This document shows, piece after piece, positions 28,704 to 38,582 of a stretch of DNA of 62,105 bases. The translations under genes and the position numbers were made by a program. The stretch's first letter is position 1, and every line of letters begins with the position of its first letter. The DNA is from Dehalococcoidia bacterium (GTDB lineage Bacteria; Chloroflexota; Dehalococcoidia; Lucifugimonadales; UBA3495), in NCBI GenBank assembly GCA_034428715.1, contig DAOUHE010000175.1:1-62105 (forward strand), read 5' to 3'. The notes under the pieces are model-generated. The model was not told the origin of the DNA. It saw only the letters and a program-made list of their open reading frames with translations, and did no database searches.

Positions 28704-29849
28704 CTACGGCACCACCCGGTTAAGAAACTCGCTGACCGCTGCCTCATATCTCTCAGGATCGACGTTCCATGCTCCAACGTGGGGAGCGCCCTCGAAAAAC
28801 TCATAAGTCACGATATCCGGGCGGCTCTTGGCGAAAATCTCGCTGGTCGAAACCGGCACGGTTTCGTCCGCGTCGCCGTGGAACAGCAGAACGGGCGCCG
28901 AGATATCGTCCACGCGATTCAGGTAGTCAAGGGCTTCCCAATCGATGTCGAATCTGAATCCAGATATCGCTTTTGCGATGGCGGTGAGAAACGACGGTAC
29001 GTTAAGATTTTCAGCGCCCAGGTCCACTGTCGCACCCAAATCCAACATGGGTGAGTCGAGGATCACGCCCACTGCCCGGCGGGCCAATGGTGACTGGTAC
29101 AGGAAGTTGGAAACTATCCCGCCGCCCATGCTGTACCCCACCAATACCAACCTGGTGGCTCCGCTGTCCAGCGCGTATTGTGACGCTGCTTCTAAGTCCT
29201 CCCACTCGGTGAGCCCGTACCAATAGTACCCGCTGGGGTCTTCCGGCTCCCCAGCATCGTTCCGGTACGTTATGACCAGTGAGGGCAGCCCTGCGGCTTC
29301 GACCACCGGCAACATGCGCAGCGCCTCTCTCCGGTTGGACCCTTTGCCGTGGACGAATATCACCCAGGTGTCATTGAATCCGTCTATCTCCCAGGCTTCT
29401 AGCTCCCCCAACGGAGAGGGAAACTGGATCTCCTCAAATGGGATTTCGTGGGCACGCGCCGGGTCACCGGGGTAGGCGAACTTATCAAAACGCACCCAAT
29501 CTCCTACAGCCAGGGCGCCCTCTAACTGGGTGTACTCGCGCAGGACTTCGGATCCGCCGATTTCAAGGGTTTTGCCAGCCCTGGCGTAACCGTCAGGCCA
29601 CTTGAGTCCCATGGTTTCTGGTTGCTTTCGGAGTTCCTCTTCTGTGGAAAACCTGAGTTTGACCCGGTCGTCCTCTAATGCGACGACTTCGATCTCGTAT
29701 TTCTCAGGCTCGTGCTTGACGCGCAAGACGTCGTCCTCGATCTGGATGGAGAAATACCATCCGGTCCCAAATAACACCGCACCCAGCAACAAGACCAGCC
29801 CGCCAAATGTTAGGGCCAAACGTTTCGGAGTCATTTTGAACGGCATCAT
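28704..29849 (-). CDS. Membrane-anchored alpha/beta hydrolase
   Basis: N-terminal TM, FVHGKG, GYSMGG, HGDADETVP, PHVGAWN. Confidence 0.88.
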   Translation of the reverse strand: MMPFKMTPKRLALTFGGLVLLLGAVLFGTGWYFSIQIEDDVLRVKHEPEKYEIEVVALEDDRVKLRFSTEEELRKQPETMGLKWPDGYARAGKTLEIGGSEVLREYTQLEGALAVGDWVRFDKFAYPGDPARAHEIPFEEIQFPSPLGELEAWEIDGFNDTWVIFVHGKGSNRREALRMLPVVEAAGLPSLVITYRNDAGEPEDPSGYYWYGLTEWEDLEAASQYALDSGATRLVLVGYSMGGGIVSNFLYQSPLARRAVGVILDSPMLDLGATVDLGAENLNVPSFLTAIAKAISGFRFDIDWEALDYLNRVDDISAPVLLFHGDADETVPVSTSEIFAKSRPDIVTYEFFEGAPHVGAWNVDPERYEAAVSEFLNRVVP

Positions 29850-30002
29850 CAGGGCCTACCCTAGTCAATCAGGCCAGTTGATCACAAGTCCAGGTGATTT
29901 AGGAGATTTCGTACCAGAGACAACGGGTTAACCGGCCACCGGGCTCGCTGATTTAAAAAATACGGACAAGATGTGCTTAGGATTCCAGGGGTTGGTGGGG
30001 GC

Positions 30003-30419
30003 TTAACCCATGCTGGGGGTAGCGTGATGGCCGATCATTTTCCAGTCATCGGTGGGAGATTCCCGCACGAAGATATTGGTTACGAGGGTGCTGAAGTTGC
30101 TGGCCCTCGCGTCCAAGACCGTGGATATGTTTTCCACGCAAGTGACCCAGCCGCAGTCGCCTTTGACCATCACGTTGATGTATTGAAGGTTGAAGTGCAT
30201 CAACGTGGTGTTGTTGAAGATGCCCCGCCAGCTTTCCCGTATCAGAGGCCAACCCACCAGCGGCTGCCAACCTGGATGGACGCACATGGCCTGGGGGGAA
30301 TCTACCCAGGCATCTTCCATCTGCTGAACGTCTAGGGCGCCGAATGCGTCGTAGAACCGCTGATTGGCGTCTTTAACGCCTTGGATGTCGGCTTCGTTGG
30401 GGTCTCCATTGGATTCCAT
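30003..30419 (-). CDS. SnoaL/NTF2-like protein
   Basis: ANQRFYDAF...CVHPGW....GW..IRESW..IF...TNIF......WKMIGHHA. Confidence 0.82.
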   Translation of the reverse strand: MESNGDPNEADIQGVKDANQRFYDAFGALDVQQMEDAWVDSPQAMCVHPGWQPLVGWPLIRESWRGIFNNTTLMHFNLQYINVMVKGDCGWVTCVENISTVLDARASNFSTLVTNIFVRESPTDDWKMIGHHATPSMG

Positions 30420-30617
30420 CGGCTTACTCTCTGAGCGGTTATGAGGGCCCTGGCAGACCGGCAGCCAAGGCAGCTCCGGGAAACATACATGTATGGAAGC
30501 CAAATCATCGCGGCCGGACACCGGTTCGGCCTGCGGCCGCGATCTTTCGTCTGGGTTGATCAGACCGTCTGCCGGTGGCGACTGTCCTAGGTCAACCTCT
30601 TGTAATGATGCCTGGGC

Positions 30618-31240
30618 CTAATGCATCGGCGAGAATGACGCCGGCGCTAGGAGCTTGTTTTCCTGGGCGAGCAGGAATTCCCGGGTGGGAGGCGGCCAAT
30701 GGGTGGTCTTGCCAGCCTCTTCCCTGATACGGTCGCGCTCTGCCATGTCCTTGTAGGGCCAAATGTGTACCCACTTGTTCAGGCCACCCAGTTCGCTGGA
30801 CATGCCCGCGGCCAGGGGGGGAAATTCTTCCCGGTGAGGAATGGCGGCCGCCCAGCGCTTGAGAACCTCGCCCATGGAGCCGGTCTTGTAGGTGTAGATG
30901 CGCATCTCGTAGATGTTGCCCAGCGCCTGGTCGCCGCCCATGGGCCGCATGAAGGGCGCGGGGGTGAATATCTCCGACTCTTGACGTACGTACATGTCAG
31001 GATCGTTAGCTGGGGGCCAGTTGGGGTCTTTCAACGCCTCGGCCCGAATCTCTCAGCACGCTGGTCCATGCTTTCGTAGGGCCAGACGTGGATCACCTGG
31101 TTGAGGGGGCCGAACTCGGTGTGCCAGAAAGCGCCCAGCTTGGAATACTTTTCCCGGGCGGGAAGAGCCTTGGCGAAATTCTCTTCAAAGGTGGCCACGG
31201 AACCGGGTTTGAGGGTATAGGTGCGTACTTCATAGATCAT
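30618..31240 (-). pseudogene. Two-domain NIPSNAP family protein, frameshifted
   Basis: MIYEVRTYTLKPG...HVWPYES; frameshift at GAGAG near 31050; then IRAEALKDPNWPP...IYEMRIYTY...HIWPYKD. Confidence 0.82.
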
Positions 31241-31461
31241 GACAACTCCTGATATAGAAGGATTCCATCCCCCGCCCACCGAATCACATCTTGACCACCA
31301 GGGTGGAGGACATGCGCAGGCGTTCCATGAAAACCCGGGGAAGCCCGGGGAGGTCCGAATGTGCGGCTTAGTTTAGCAAAATCCCTAACGGCGGGCAATC
31401 TGCCGTCAACGGCGCCGGTGTTACAATCTCTGATGAGCCTGCCATTTAGATCGGCACCGGG

Positions 31462-32259
31462 GTGATCATGACCCAGATCGGCACTATCCCCAACATCAAG
31501 CGGGGCCAATACGTTGGCCGGCAAACGTTGTTGCGGCTGCTGTCTAATTGGCCGGGTCTTGAGAGTACTACCGACCAAGCCGCGGACCGTTTGAGCGGAT
31601 CTACGTTTTACCTAAAGCCCGGCGACGGCCTGGATCTGTTGGCCCACGGTGGCCCCGAAGGCGAGGCCTGGCGGCGCATCTTGCTTGATTTGGGCAACAA
31701 CGTGATGAAGTCGGACACCGGCTTGGCCGGGTTTCGTATGGAAAACCGGGGCCTGGTGGCCGCGCCTCCGTTTCCATTTCCCGACACTCAGTTGATCGCC
31801 GGCTGGGACACGGAACCCCTGAAGAAGTTGCTGCAGGCCGATCTCACCATCGGAGTCATTTTGTTGCGCCTGGGCCGCTTTTCGGTGGCGGTGTATGAAG
31901 GTCAAAAGTTGGTTTCCAGCAAGACCGATGCCCGCTACGTCAAAGGCCGCCATAGCGCGGGCGGGACATCACAACAACGATTCGTCAGGATCAGAGAGGG
32001 GCAGATACAAAGGCTATACGATAAGACTTGTTTGGCAGTAAGGGCCCAGTTTGAGCCCTACGCTGGCCGGCTGCAGTATATTCTCCTGGGCGGGGAGAGC
32101 CAGACCCTAAATGGATTCCTAAAGGCTTGCCCCCACTTGGAACGGTTTAAAGACAATGTGTTGGACCGCCGGTTGAACGTGCGGGACCCCAAGCGGGATA
32201 CCCTGGACCGGGTCGGAGAGATGCTTTGGGATTGCCGGGTTTGGCCCGTGGAATGGTAA
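31462..32259 (+). CDS. acVLRF1 (Vms1/ANKZF1-like aeRF1 superfamily) peptidyl-tRNA hydrolase
   Basis: LLRLGRFSVAVYEG..LVSSK....YVKGRHSAGGTSQQRF.R.REGQ; ILLGGE. Confidence 0.8.
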   Translation: MIMTQIGTIPNIKRGQYVGRQTLLRLLSNWPGLESTTDQAADRLSGSTFYLKPGDGLDLLAHGGPEGEAWRRILLDLGNNVMKSDTGLAGFRMENRGLVAAPPFPFPDTQLIAGWDTEPLKKLLQADLTIGVILLRLGRFSVAVYEGQKLVSSKTDARYVKGRHSAGGTSQQRFVRIREGQIQRLYDKTCLAVRAQFEPYAGRLQYILLGGESQTLNGFLKACPHLERFKDNVLDRRLNVRDPKRDTLDRVGEMLWDCRVWPVEW

Positions 32260-32330
32260 CCAATGCCGTATTCATCTAAAGTTCGACATTGCAAGTACGG
32301 CGCAGGTCTGTTTGAAATTGGGAGAGATTC

Positions 32331-34862
32331 TTGACCGAAGAATCAACTGAGAGATCAACCGGTTATATGGCCGGTGATCCACCGTTTCCTTCCTTTCCGC
32401 CAGTAGGAAAACCCGCTGGGATGCCGGACGGCTTTGCTGAGTATCTGGGGCTGTTGGAATTCGACCAGATACGCACCCGGTTGGCCTCCTATGCCCGAAC
32501 CTTGATGGGCCGCCGGTTGTGCACGTCCCTGGCGCCTTCAGGGGACGTTTTGGAAATCGCCACCCGCCAACAGGAAACCAGCGAAGCCCTCCGGTTTATA
32601 GACCACGGAGGAGGTTTGGAGTTCGGTCCGGAGGAGGATTTCCAGGAATTCTTCCACCGGTCGATGTTGGGCGGTCTGCTCCGGGGGGAAGAGCTCCACG
32701 CCATTCAGGAAATGATCGGGACGGCTCGCGCCAACCGGGCCAGCTTGCTTCGGCACGAAGAACTGCCCTTGCTCTCCGCCATCGCGGAAAACATCCCGGA
32801 CCTGCGGCCGCTTTGGCAGTCCATCGCATCGGCCATCAGCGCCGCCGGAGAATTGTTGGACGACGCCAGCCCCGACTTAAGGGCCCTGCGGCAGGAGTCT
32901 AGGTTGACCTTTCACCGGCTCAACCAGGTGATGGAGCGCAGCCTGCGCCGGTTCCAACGCCAGGAGGTGGTGCAAGAGCCCTTGATCACCCAGAGGAACG
33001 GCCGGTTGGTCTTGATGATCAAGGCCGACCTGCGTTCGAGGGTGTCCGGGATCGTCCACGATGTTTCCGACAGTGGCGCCACCGTATTCATAGAGCCCAT
33101 GCCGGCCATAGAGGAGGGAAACCGGTGGCGGGAATCCCGCAGGGCTGAAGAACGGGAGGAGGAGCGGATCCTGCGTCATCTGTCTAGCCTGGTAGGGGAA
33201 GCCGGACCCGGCCTGCTTTTGATGTTGGATCAGGTGGGGCGCCTGGATCTGGACATGGCCAAGGCACGATATTCCAGGTCGTTGAAGGCCACTGAACCGT
33301 GGGTGGGCGGCCCCCCGGAAACGGATGGGGAATCAGCGGATATCTATTTGGCGGACTGGCCCGTGGCCGACCGGGAAATAAGGTTGACCGGAGCCCGCCA
33401 TCCCTTGTTGCCTGGGAATGTGGTGCCGGTGACCGTGCGGTTGGGCGGAGACCACCGGGTCATGCTGATAACCGGTCCCAACGCCGGTGGCAAAACCGTG
33501 ACGTTGAAAACGGTGGGGCTCCTGGCATTGATGGCCCACGCCGGGCTGCATGTGCCGGCGGACCAGGCCGTCTTCCCCCTATTGGACGGGGTTTACGCTG
33601 ACATCGGAGACCAGCAAAGCATCGAGCAATCGCTCTCCACGTTCAGCTCTCACATCAGAAACCTATTGTCCATCATGGAACGGGCTACTGCCAGATCGCT
33701 GGTTTTGGTGGACGAGCTGGGCACCAGCACCGATCCGGAGGAAGGCTCCGCCCTGGCCAAGGCGATCCTGGAGCATTTCGTGTCGATGGGCTTGCTTATG
33801 GTGGCCACCACCCACCACCGCGGTGTCGCCAATTACGTTCAAGAACAGCCAGCCATGATCAACGCCAGCGTTGACCTTCATCCCCAAACTCTGGAACCGA
33901 CCTTCCGGGTGACCCAAGGCCTGCCCGGGCGAAGCTATGCCCTGACCATTGCTTCCCGTTTGGGGCTCCCGCCGAGTATCGTGGAAAACGCCCGGTCTGC
34001 CCTGTCGCCGGCGGAGCAGGCCACGGAAAATATGTTGGGGGAGCTTCAGGAAGAGCGGAATCTGGTAGAAGGCCTGCGCCGAGACGCCGAAGAGGCGTTG
34101 GTTCAGGCCAGGGAGCAAGAATCCCAGCTTAACGCGCAACTGGCATCGGTGGAATCTTCCAAGCTGGAGCTGGTGGAACAGTCCCGCCGGGAACTTCAGG
34201 AAAAGACCGCCCATATCCTGAGGAAGATCCAGGACGCGGAAAGGACCCTGAGATTAACCGCTAGAAATGTGACTACCGGGAATGTGGCTGCAGGGATAGA
34301 GATAGACGGCCGGGCCTCGTTGCAAGAGCAAAGGGCCAGGCTGTCCCAAGTGCGCCGGGAGTTGGATTCTACCCGCTGGGAACCGATCGAGGTATCCCGC
34401 CCAGATTGGTACACTGATATTAACGTCGGCCAGCGGGTCTACATTCGCGGTATCCCCCGTCCGGTGGAGGTGGTGACTCCTCCAAATGAGCACGGCCAGG
34501 TGGAGGTATTGCTGGGCACCATGCGGGCCAGCCTACCGGTTTACCAACTGGAACGCCTTGCAGGGGACCAACTTCCCAAAGCTCAACCCAGCGTTCACGT
34601 CAGCCGCCCTTCACGTACCAACACGGGCAACGAGATAGACCTGAGGGGGTTTCGGGTTGATGACGCCCTGGACAAGGTGGAAGGGCTGCTTAACGACGCC
34701 GCATTGGACGAGGCAGGCGAGGTAAGGATCATCCATGGCAAGGGAACCGGCGCTCTGCGGCGGGCGGTGCGGGAATATCTGGAAGATCATCCGTTGGTGA
34801 CCTCGTCGGAGCAACCCGAAGGTCCCGGTGGAGACGGGGTGACGGTGGCACACCTTAGATGA
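32331..34862 (+). CDS. mutS2: MutS2 family protein with C-terminal Smr domain
   Basis: [58 protein letters not shown]...[10 protein letters not shown]. Confidence 0.95.
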   Translation: MTEESTERSTGYMAGDPPFPSFPPVGKPAGMPDGFAEYLGLLEFDQIRTRLASYARTLMGRRLCTSLAPSGDVLEIATRQQETSEALRFIDHGGGLEFGPEEDFQEFFHRSMLGGLLRGEELHAIQEMIGTARANRASLLRHEELPLLSAIAENIPDLRPLWQSIASAISAAGELLDDASPDLRALRQESRLTFHRLNQVMERSLRRFQRQEVVQEPLITQRNGRLVLMIKADLRSRVSGIVHDVSDSGATVFIEPMPAIEEGNRWRESRRAEEREEERILRHLSSLVGEAGPGLLLMLDQVGRLDLDMAKARYSRSLKATEPWVGGPPETDGESADIYLADWPVADREIRLTGARHPLLPGNVVPVTVRLGGDHRVMLITGPNAGGKTVTLKTVGLLALMAHAGLHVPADQAVFPLLDGVYADIGDQQSIEQSLSTFSSHIRNLLSIMERATARSLVLVDELGTSTDPEEGSALAKAILEHFVSMGLLMVATTHHRGVANYVQEQPAMINASVDLHPQTLEPTFRVTQGLPGRSYALTIASRLGLPPSIVENARSALSPAEQATENMLGELQEERNLVEGLRRDAEEALVQAREQESQLNAQLASVESSKLELVEQSRRELQEKTAHILRKIQDAERTLRLTARNVTTGNVAAGIEIDGRASLQEQRARLSQVRRELDSTRWEPIEVSRPDWYTDINVGQRVYIRGIPRPVEVVTPPNEHGQVEVLLGTMRASLPVYQLERLAGDQLPKAQPSVHVSRPSRTNTGNEIDLRGFRVDDALDKVEGLLNDAALDEAGEVRIIHGKGTGALRRAVREYLEDHPLVTSSEQPEGPGGDGVTVAHLR

Positions 34863-34919
34863 CCGGCTAACAACGGCCCTTAACCCCGGCCTAGCCTCCA
34901 AATCGAAAGCAGGTTCACC

Positions 34920-36437
34920 TTATGGGACGCCTAATTCGGCCACAAGCCGCCCGAAGGAATCGTATTTCAGGACCCTGCGGTTGGCCGTGTCGGCGATGTA
35001 GACCCATTTATTGGTGGCATCGATGGCTATGTGACTTGGCGACTTAAAAGGTCCTGCCAATTTGAAAATGAAACCGCCCAGGTCGGAGAATTTCTTAACC
35101 GTATTGTTGCCTGAGTCCGACACGTACACCACCCCTGTGTTGGAGTTGATCTCAATGTCTTGGGGTTGCCGGAATTGGCCGTCGCCGTCTCCCTCGGACC
35201 CCCATTGGCCCAGGTACCTGACCCGGGAGTCAAATCTTTGAATCCTATGGTTTCCCGCATCCACCACGTAGATGAATCCCGACGAATCGACAATCATATC
35301 TCCCGGTTGCCTGAACTGTCCATCGCCGTCCCCCTCGGAACCTGAGGTGTCCAGGTACGTGCCATCTTTGTCGAACCGGTGAATCCGGTTGTTCCCCTGA
35401 TCCACGACGTATATCCATTGGCCCGAGGGGCTGATCGCCACGGCGCCAGGACTTTGGAATTGGCCAGCACCGTCCCCCTGGATACCCCAGGTGCGGATAA
35501 CCACGCCCACCGAGTTGAACTTGACTACCCTGTGGTTGCCGGTGTCGGTGACGTAGATGTCGCCAGCGGGGTCGATCGCGATGCTGTTGGGATTGAGAAG
35601 CTCGATGTCGCCGGTGCCGGCGGCCCCGAATTCCTTGAGGAAGCCGCCTTTATCGTTGAATTTATGGATGCGGTTGTTGCCGCGGTCCACGACGTATATG
35701 AACCCAGGCGCGTCGATGACCATATCTCCGGGATCTGAGAATTGGCCGGGGTCACTGCCGAGGGAGCCCCATCTGGAAGAATACCGGCCGAATTTGTCGT
35801 ATTTGTTGATGCGCCGGGTCTCCACGTCCAAGATGTAGACAAATCCTGAATCCGCAACCACGATATCTCCTGTCCTGCCCATTTGACCTAGCGGCGCGTT
35901 TAAGGTCGGCTCAGGCGTGGGTGTCAGCGTGGCCGCAGGTGTGGCGGAGGGCGCGGTGGTAGGTGTGGGCGCCGATGTTGGCTTGGGCCTGGGGGTAAAT
36001 GTGGGAATGGGCGTGAATGTGTAAATAGGCGTGGGGTCAAATATCGGCGTAGGAGCCGTTTGGCGCGTCGCTGTGGGGACCGGCGCCGTTACGGCGGTGG
36101 ATTCAGGAGTAGGTTCAAGGCTTGATCCTGGCGTGGGCTCCGGAGGTGGCTCTACAGAAGGGCTCGCTCCCGGGGCTGGGTCTGTGGCCGGGGCCGCCGG
36201 CTCAGCGTTTGAGGTTGGAACAGTTGTAGGGGCGGTGGTTTCCCCAATCGTCTCGGGTGTGGGTCCTGTGGTGGGTGGCCGGTCCGGCGCAGGGGTGAAA
36301 GTAGGAACCGCGCAAGCTATCGACAAACCCATTACGAAAACCGTCAAACCGCCGGCTATCAATAGCTTGATGCCTGGCAGGCGGTTCCGGTTTGAGCTGG
36401 TCTGGGAAGCGAGGAGTCGGTGGTTCAGAATCCGCAT
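34920..36437 (-). CDS. Lipoprotein with Pro/Thr-rich linker and NHL-repeat beta-propeller
   Basis: Lipobox-like SIAC; PT-rich stretch; repeated GQF..P..IAID..G.IYV.D.GN.RI.KF units. Confidence 0.88.
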   Translation of the reverse strand: MRILNHRLLASQTSSNRNRLPGIKLLIAGGLTVFVMGLSIACAVPTFTPAPDRPPTTGPTPETIGETTAPTTVPTSNAEPAAPATDPAPGASPSVEPPPEPTPGSSLEPTPESTAVTAPVPTATRQTAPTPIFDPTPIYTFTPIPTFTPRPKPTSAPTPTTAPSATPAATLTPTPEPTLNAPLGQMGRTGDIVVADSGFVYILDVETRRINKYDKFGRYSSRWGSLGSDPGQFSDPGDMVIDAPGFIYVVDRGNNRIHKFNDKGGFLKEFGAAGTGDIELLNPNSIAIDPAGDIYVTDTGNHRVVKFNSVGVVIRTWGIQGDGAGQFQSPGAVAISPSGQWIYVVDQGNNRIHRFDKDGTYLDTSGSEGDGDGQFRQPGDMIVDSSGFIYVVDAGNHRIQRFDSRVRYLGQWGSEGDGDGQFRQPQDIEINSNTGVVYVSDSGNNTVKKFSDLGGFIFKLAGPFKSPSHIAIDATNKWVYIADTANRRVLKYDSFGRLVAELGVP

Positions 36438-36591
36438 CGTGACAATAAGTTTTGCCTGCCGTCATTGGGTTCTAATGGTTGCGCTGGCCTTGCGGGAAGA
36501 AGCCTTAAGTCCAGTATAGCGGGTTTGATGCCGAGGGGTTACCAAATGGGGTGCGCGTTATGAACCGATATATGCAGGCTGGTCCGTATTC

Positions 36592-37593
36592 TCATTCCTT
36601 ATTAGGGGTTGGGCCGGTTGGGTCCAGTAATGGGTCGGGGATCTTATCGGCGCAGGTGGAGACCTTGGAGCATAGTGGCGACCAATCGGAGTGGAAATCC
36701 CAGGTGGGGCTATCGGTCAACCGCTCCGGATTGCTACCGTTGGCGTTCATCACGTAGATATCACCCAAGCCCGTCCGATTGGAGGTATAGGTTATCCTGC
36801 TGCTGTCGGGAGACCAGTCGGGGTGAAATTCGTCGTAGATGCTCCGGGTGATGTTGACCAAGCCCGACCCGTCGGTGTTCATCAAGTAGATCTCTTGATT
36901 TATGTCTCTCCTAGAGTTGAAGGCGATCAACCTGCCATCGGGGGACCAGGCCGGACTTCCGTCGTTGGCATCATGATTGGTGAGGCGGGTCTGGTTCCCG
37001 CCGTGGGCGTCCATCACGTAGATTTCCTCGTTTCCGTCACGGCGGGAAGTGAATACGATCCGGGTGCCGTCGGGAGACCAGGAAGGGCTGATATCTATGG
37101 AGGGGTGGGTGGTCAGCCGTTGAATCCCCGTCCCATCGGCGTTTATCACGTAAATGTCACCTGGCCCCGAACGGTTGGAAAAAAAGGCGATCTTAGTCCC
37201 ATCTGGAGACCAGGCAGGCAGCGTGTCGGCGTTTGGGTGCCTGGTCAGGTTGGTCTGGTTCCCTCCATCGGCGTCCATGATATACACGTCGAAGTTGAAA
37301 TCCCGGTTGGAATAGAAGGTTATCTTTCCGGCATCGGGAGACCAGGACGGGCTGCGGTCTTCGGAATAGTGACGGGTCAGATTCTTCTGGCCGGACCCGT
37401 CGACGTTCATGGCGTAAATCTCGTTGTTGCCTTCCCGGTTGGAATAGAAGGTTATGCGGTCGGGCAGCGGCTCAACCCCTTGGAATGCCCCTACTTCAGC
37501 GGCGCTCGGGAGGTTTGGCGGCGCTTCCGCCACCAGGCCGGCCAGTGCCGTGAGGACGATCATGGCGGCAGCGAGTTTTAGTGCATTTGTCAT
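36592..37593 (-). CDS. Secreted TolB-like (PD40 repeat) beta-propeller protein
   Basis: Signal peptide; about six 44-aa repeats P.WSPDG..I.F.S.R.G..EIY.M.ADG....LT. Confidence 0.88.
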   Translation of the reverse strand: MTNALKLAAAMIVLTALAGLVAEAPPNLPSAAEVGAFQGVEPLPDRITFYSNREGNNEIYAMNVDGSGQKNLTRHYSEDRSPSWSPDAGKITFYSNRDFNFDVYIMDADGGNQTNLTRHPNADTLPAWSPDGTKIAFFSNRSGPGDIYVINADGTGIQRLTTHPSIDISPSWSPDGTRIVFTSRRDGNEEIYVMDAHGGNQTRLTNHDANDGSPAWSPDGRLIAFNSRRDINQEIYLMNTDGSGLVNITRSIYDEFHPDWSPDSSRITYTSNRTGLGDIYVMNANGSNPERLTDSPTWDFHSDWSPLCSKVSTCADKIPDPLLDPTGPTPNKE

Positions 37594-37613
37594 TGGTGTA
37601 GCCCAAGTCTGGG

Positions 37614-38417
37614 TTACATTCCTTGGAACCAAGGGCGGCGTTTTCCGGCAAATGCCTTGATTCCCTCATGGAAATCTGAGGTAAGGGCGATATCAGCCAT
37701 GGCGCTGGTTTCCAGGTCGAGCTGGTCTTCCAACGGATGCTGCCACGAGCGGTCCATCATTGCCTTGACCCTGGCGAAGGCTTTGGTCGGTCCCTGGGCC
37801 AGCCGCGCGGCAGTTTCAAGGGCATGGCGGCCGAAGTCGGCGGCGGGGAAGACCTGGCTGACCAAACCCATGGACAGGGCCGCTTGGGCGTTGATAGGCT
37901 GGCTGGCCAGGTAAAGCTCCATGGCCCGGCTGCTGCCAACTAACCGGGGCAAAAAGTAGGTGGAGCCTCCGTCGGCCGCGGCCCCGATGCCGGCATATGC
38001 CATCAAAAACCGGGCGCTTTCCGAGGCAACCCTCAGATCGCAGCATAGCATCAAGCTGAACCCGCCGCCGGCCGCCACGCCGTTCACTCCGGCCACCACT
38101 GGTTTTTCCAGGCGGCGAATCTCCAGGATCACATCCTTGTGAAAACCATCGGCCGCCTCTCTGAGGTGGCTGGAAATACCCTGGGGCCCTCCTTCTTCAA
38201 ACCGGCTTGCGAACTCCCGCACGTCGGCTCCGGCGCAAAACGCCTCCCCGCTTCCAGTGATCAACACCGCGCGGACATCCGGTGACTTACAGGTTTGGAT
38301 AGCCTCGGCCAAGTCATGAAACATGGCTGAGGAAAGGGCGTTTCGAGCCTCGGGCCGGTTGAGGGTTATTATCCCTACGTCGTGACTCTTGGAGAAGTTG
38401 ATCAGGCCGGAACCCAT
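37614..38417 (-). CDS. Enoyl-CoA hydratase/isomerase (PaaG-like)
   Basis: LNRPEARNAL, AFCAGAD, VNGVAAGGG, GAAADGGSTYFLPRLVG. Confidence 0.9.
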   Translation of the reverse strand: MGSGLINFSKSHDVGIITLNRPEARNALSSAMFHDLAEAIQTCKSPDVRAVLITGSGEAFCAGADVREFASRFEEGGPQGISSHLREAADGFHKDVILEIRRLEKPVVAGVNGVAAGGGFSLMLCCDLRVASESARFLMAYAGIGAAADGGSTYFLPRLVGSSRAMELYLASQPINAQAALSMGLVSQVFPAADFGRHALETAARLAQGPTKAFARVKAMMDRSWQHPLEDQLDLETSAMADIALTSDFHEGIKAFAGKRRPWFQGM

Positions 38418-38582
38418 TTATCTCTCCTCGCATTGCAATCGGTTTGGGGCTGCTCTAACCAGGTCTGGTCAAAAACTCATACGGGCGAGCATCGGCCAAT
38501 CATCTGTGCATATCCACAGTCAGATATACTTAGTTAGCCAAATCATAACACTTCCGGATTCAGCAAGGTCGCGGCGGATTCG

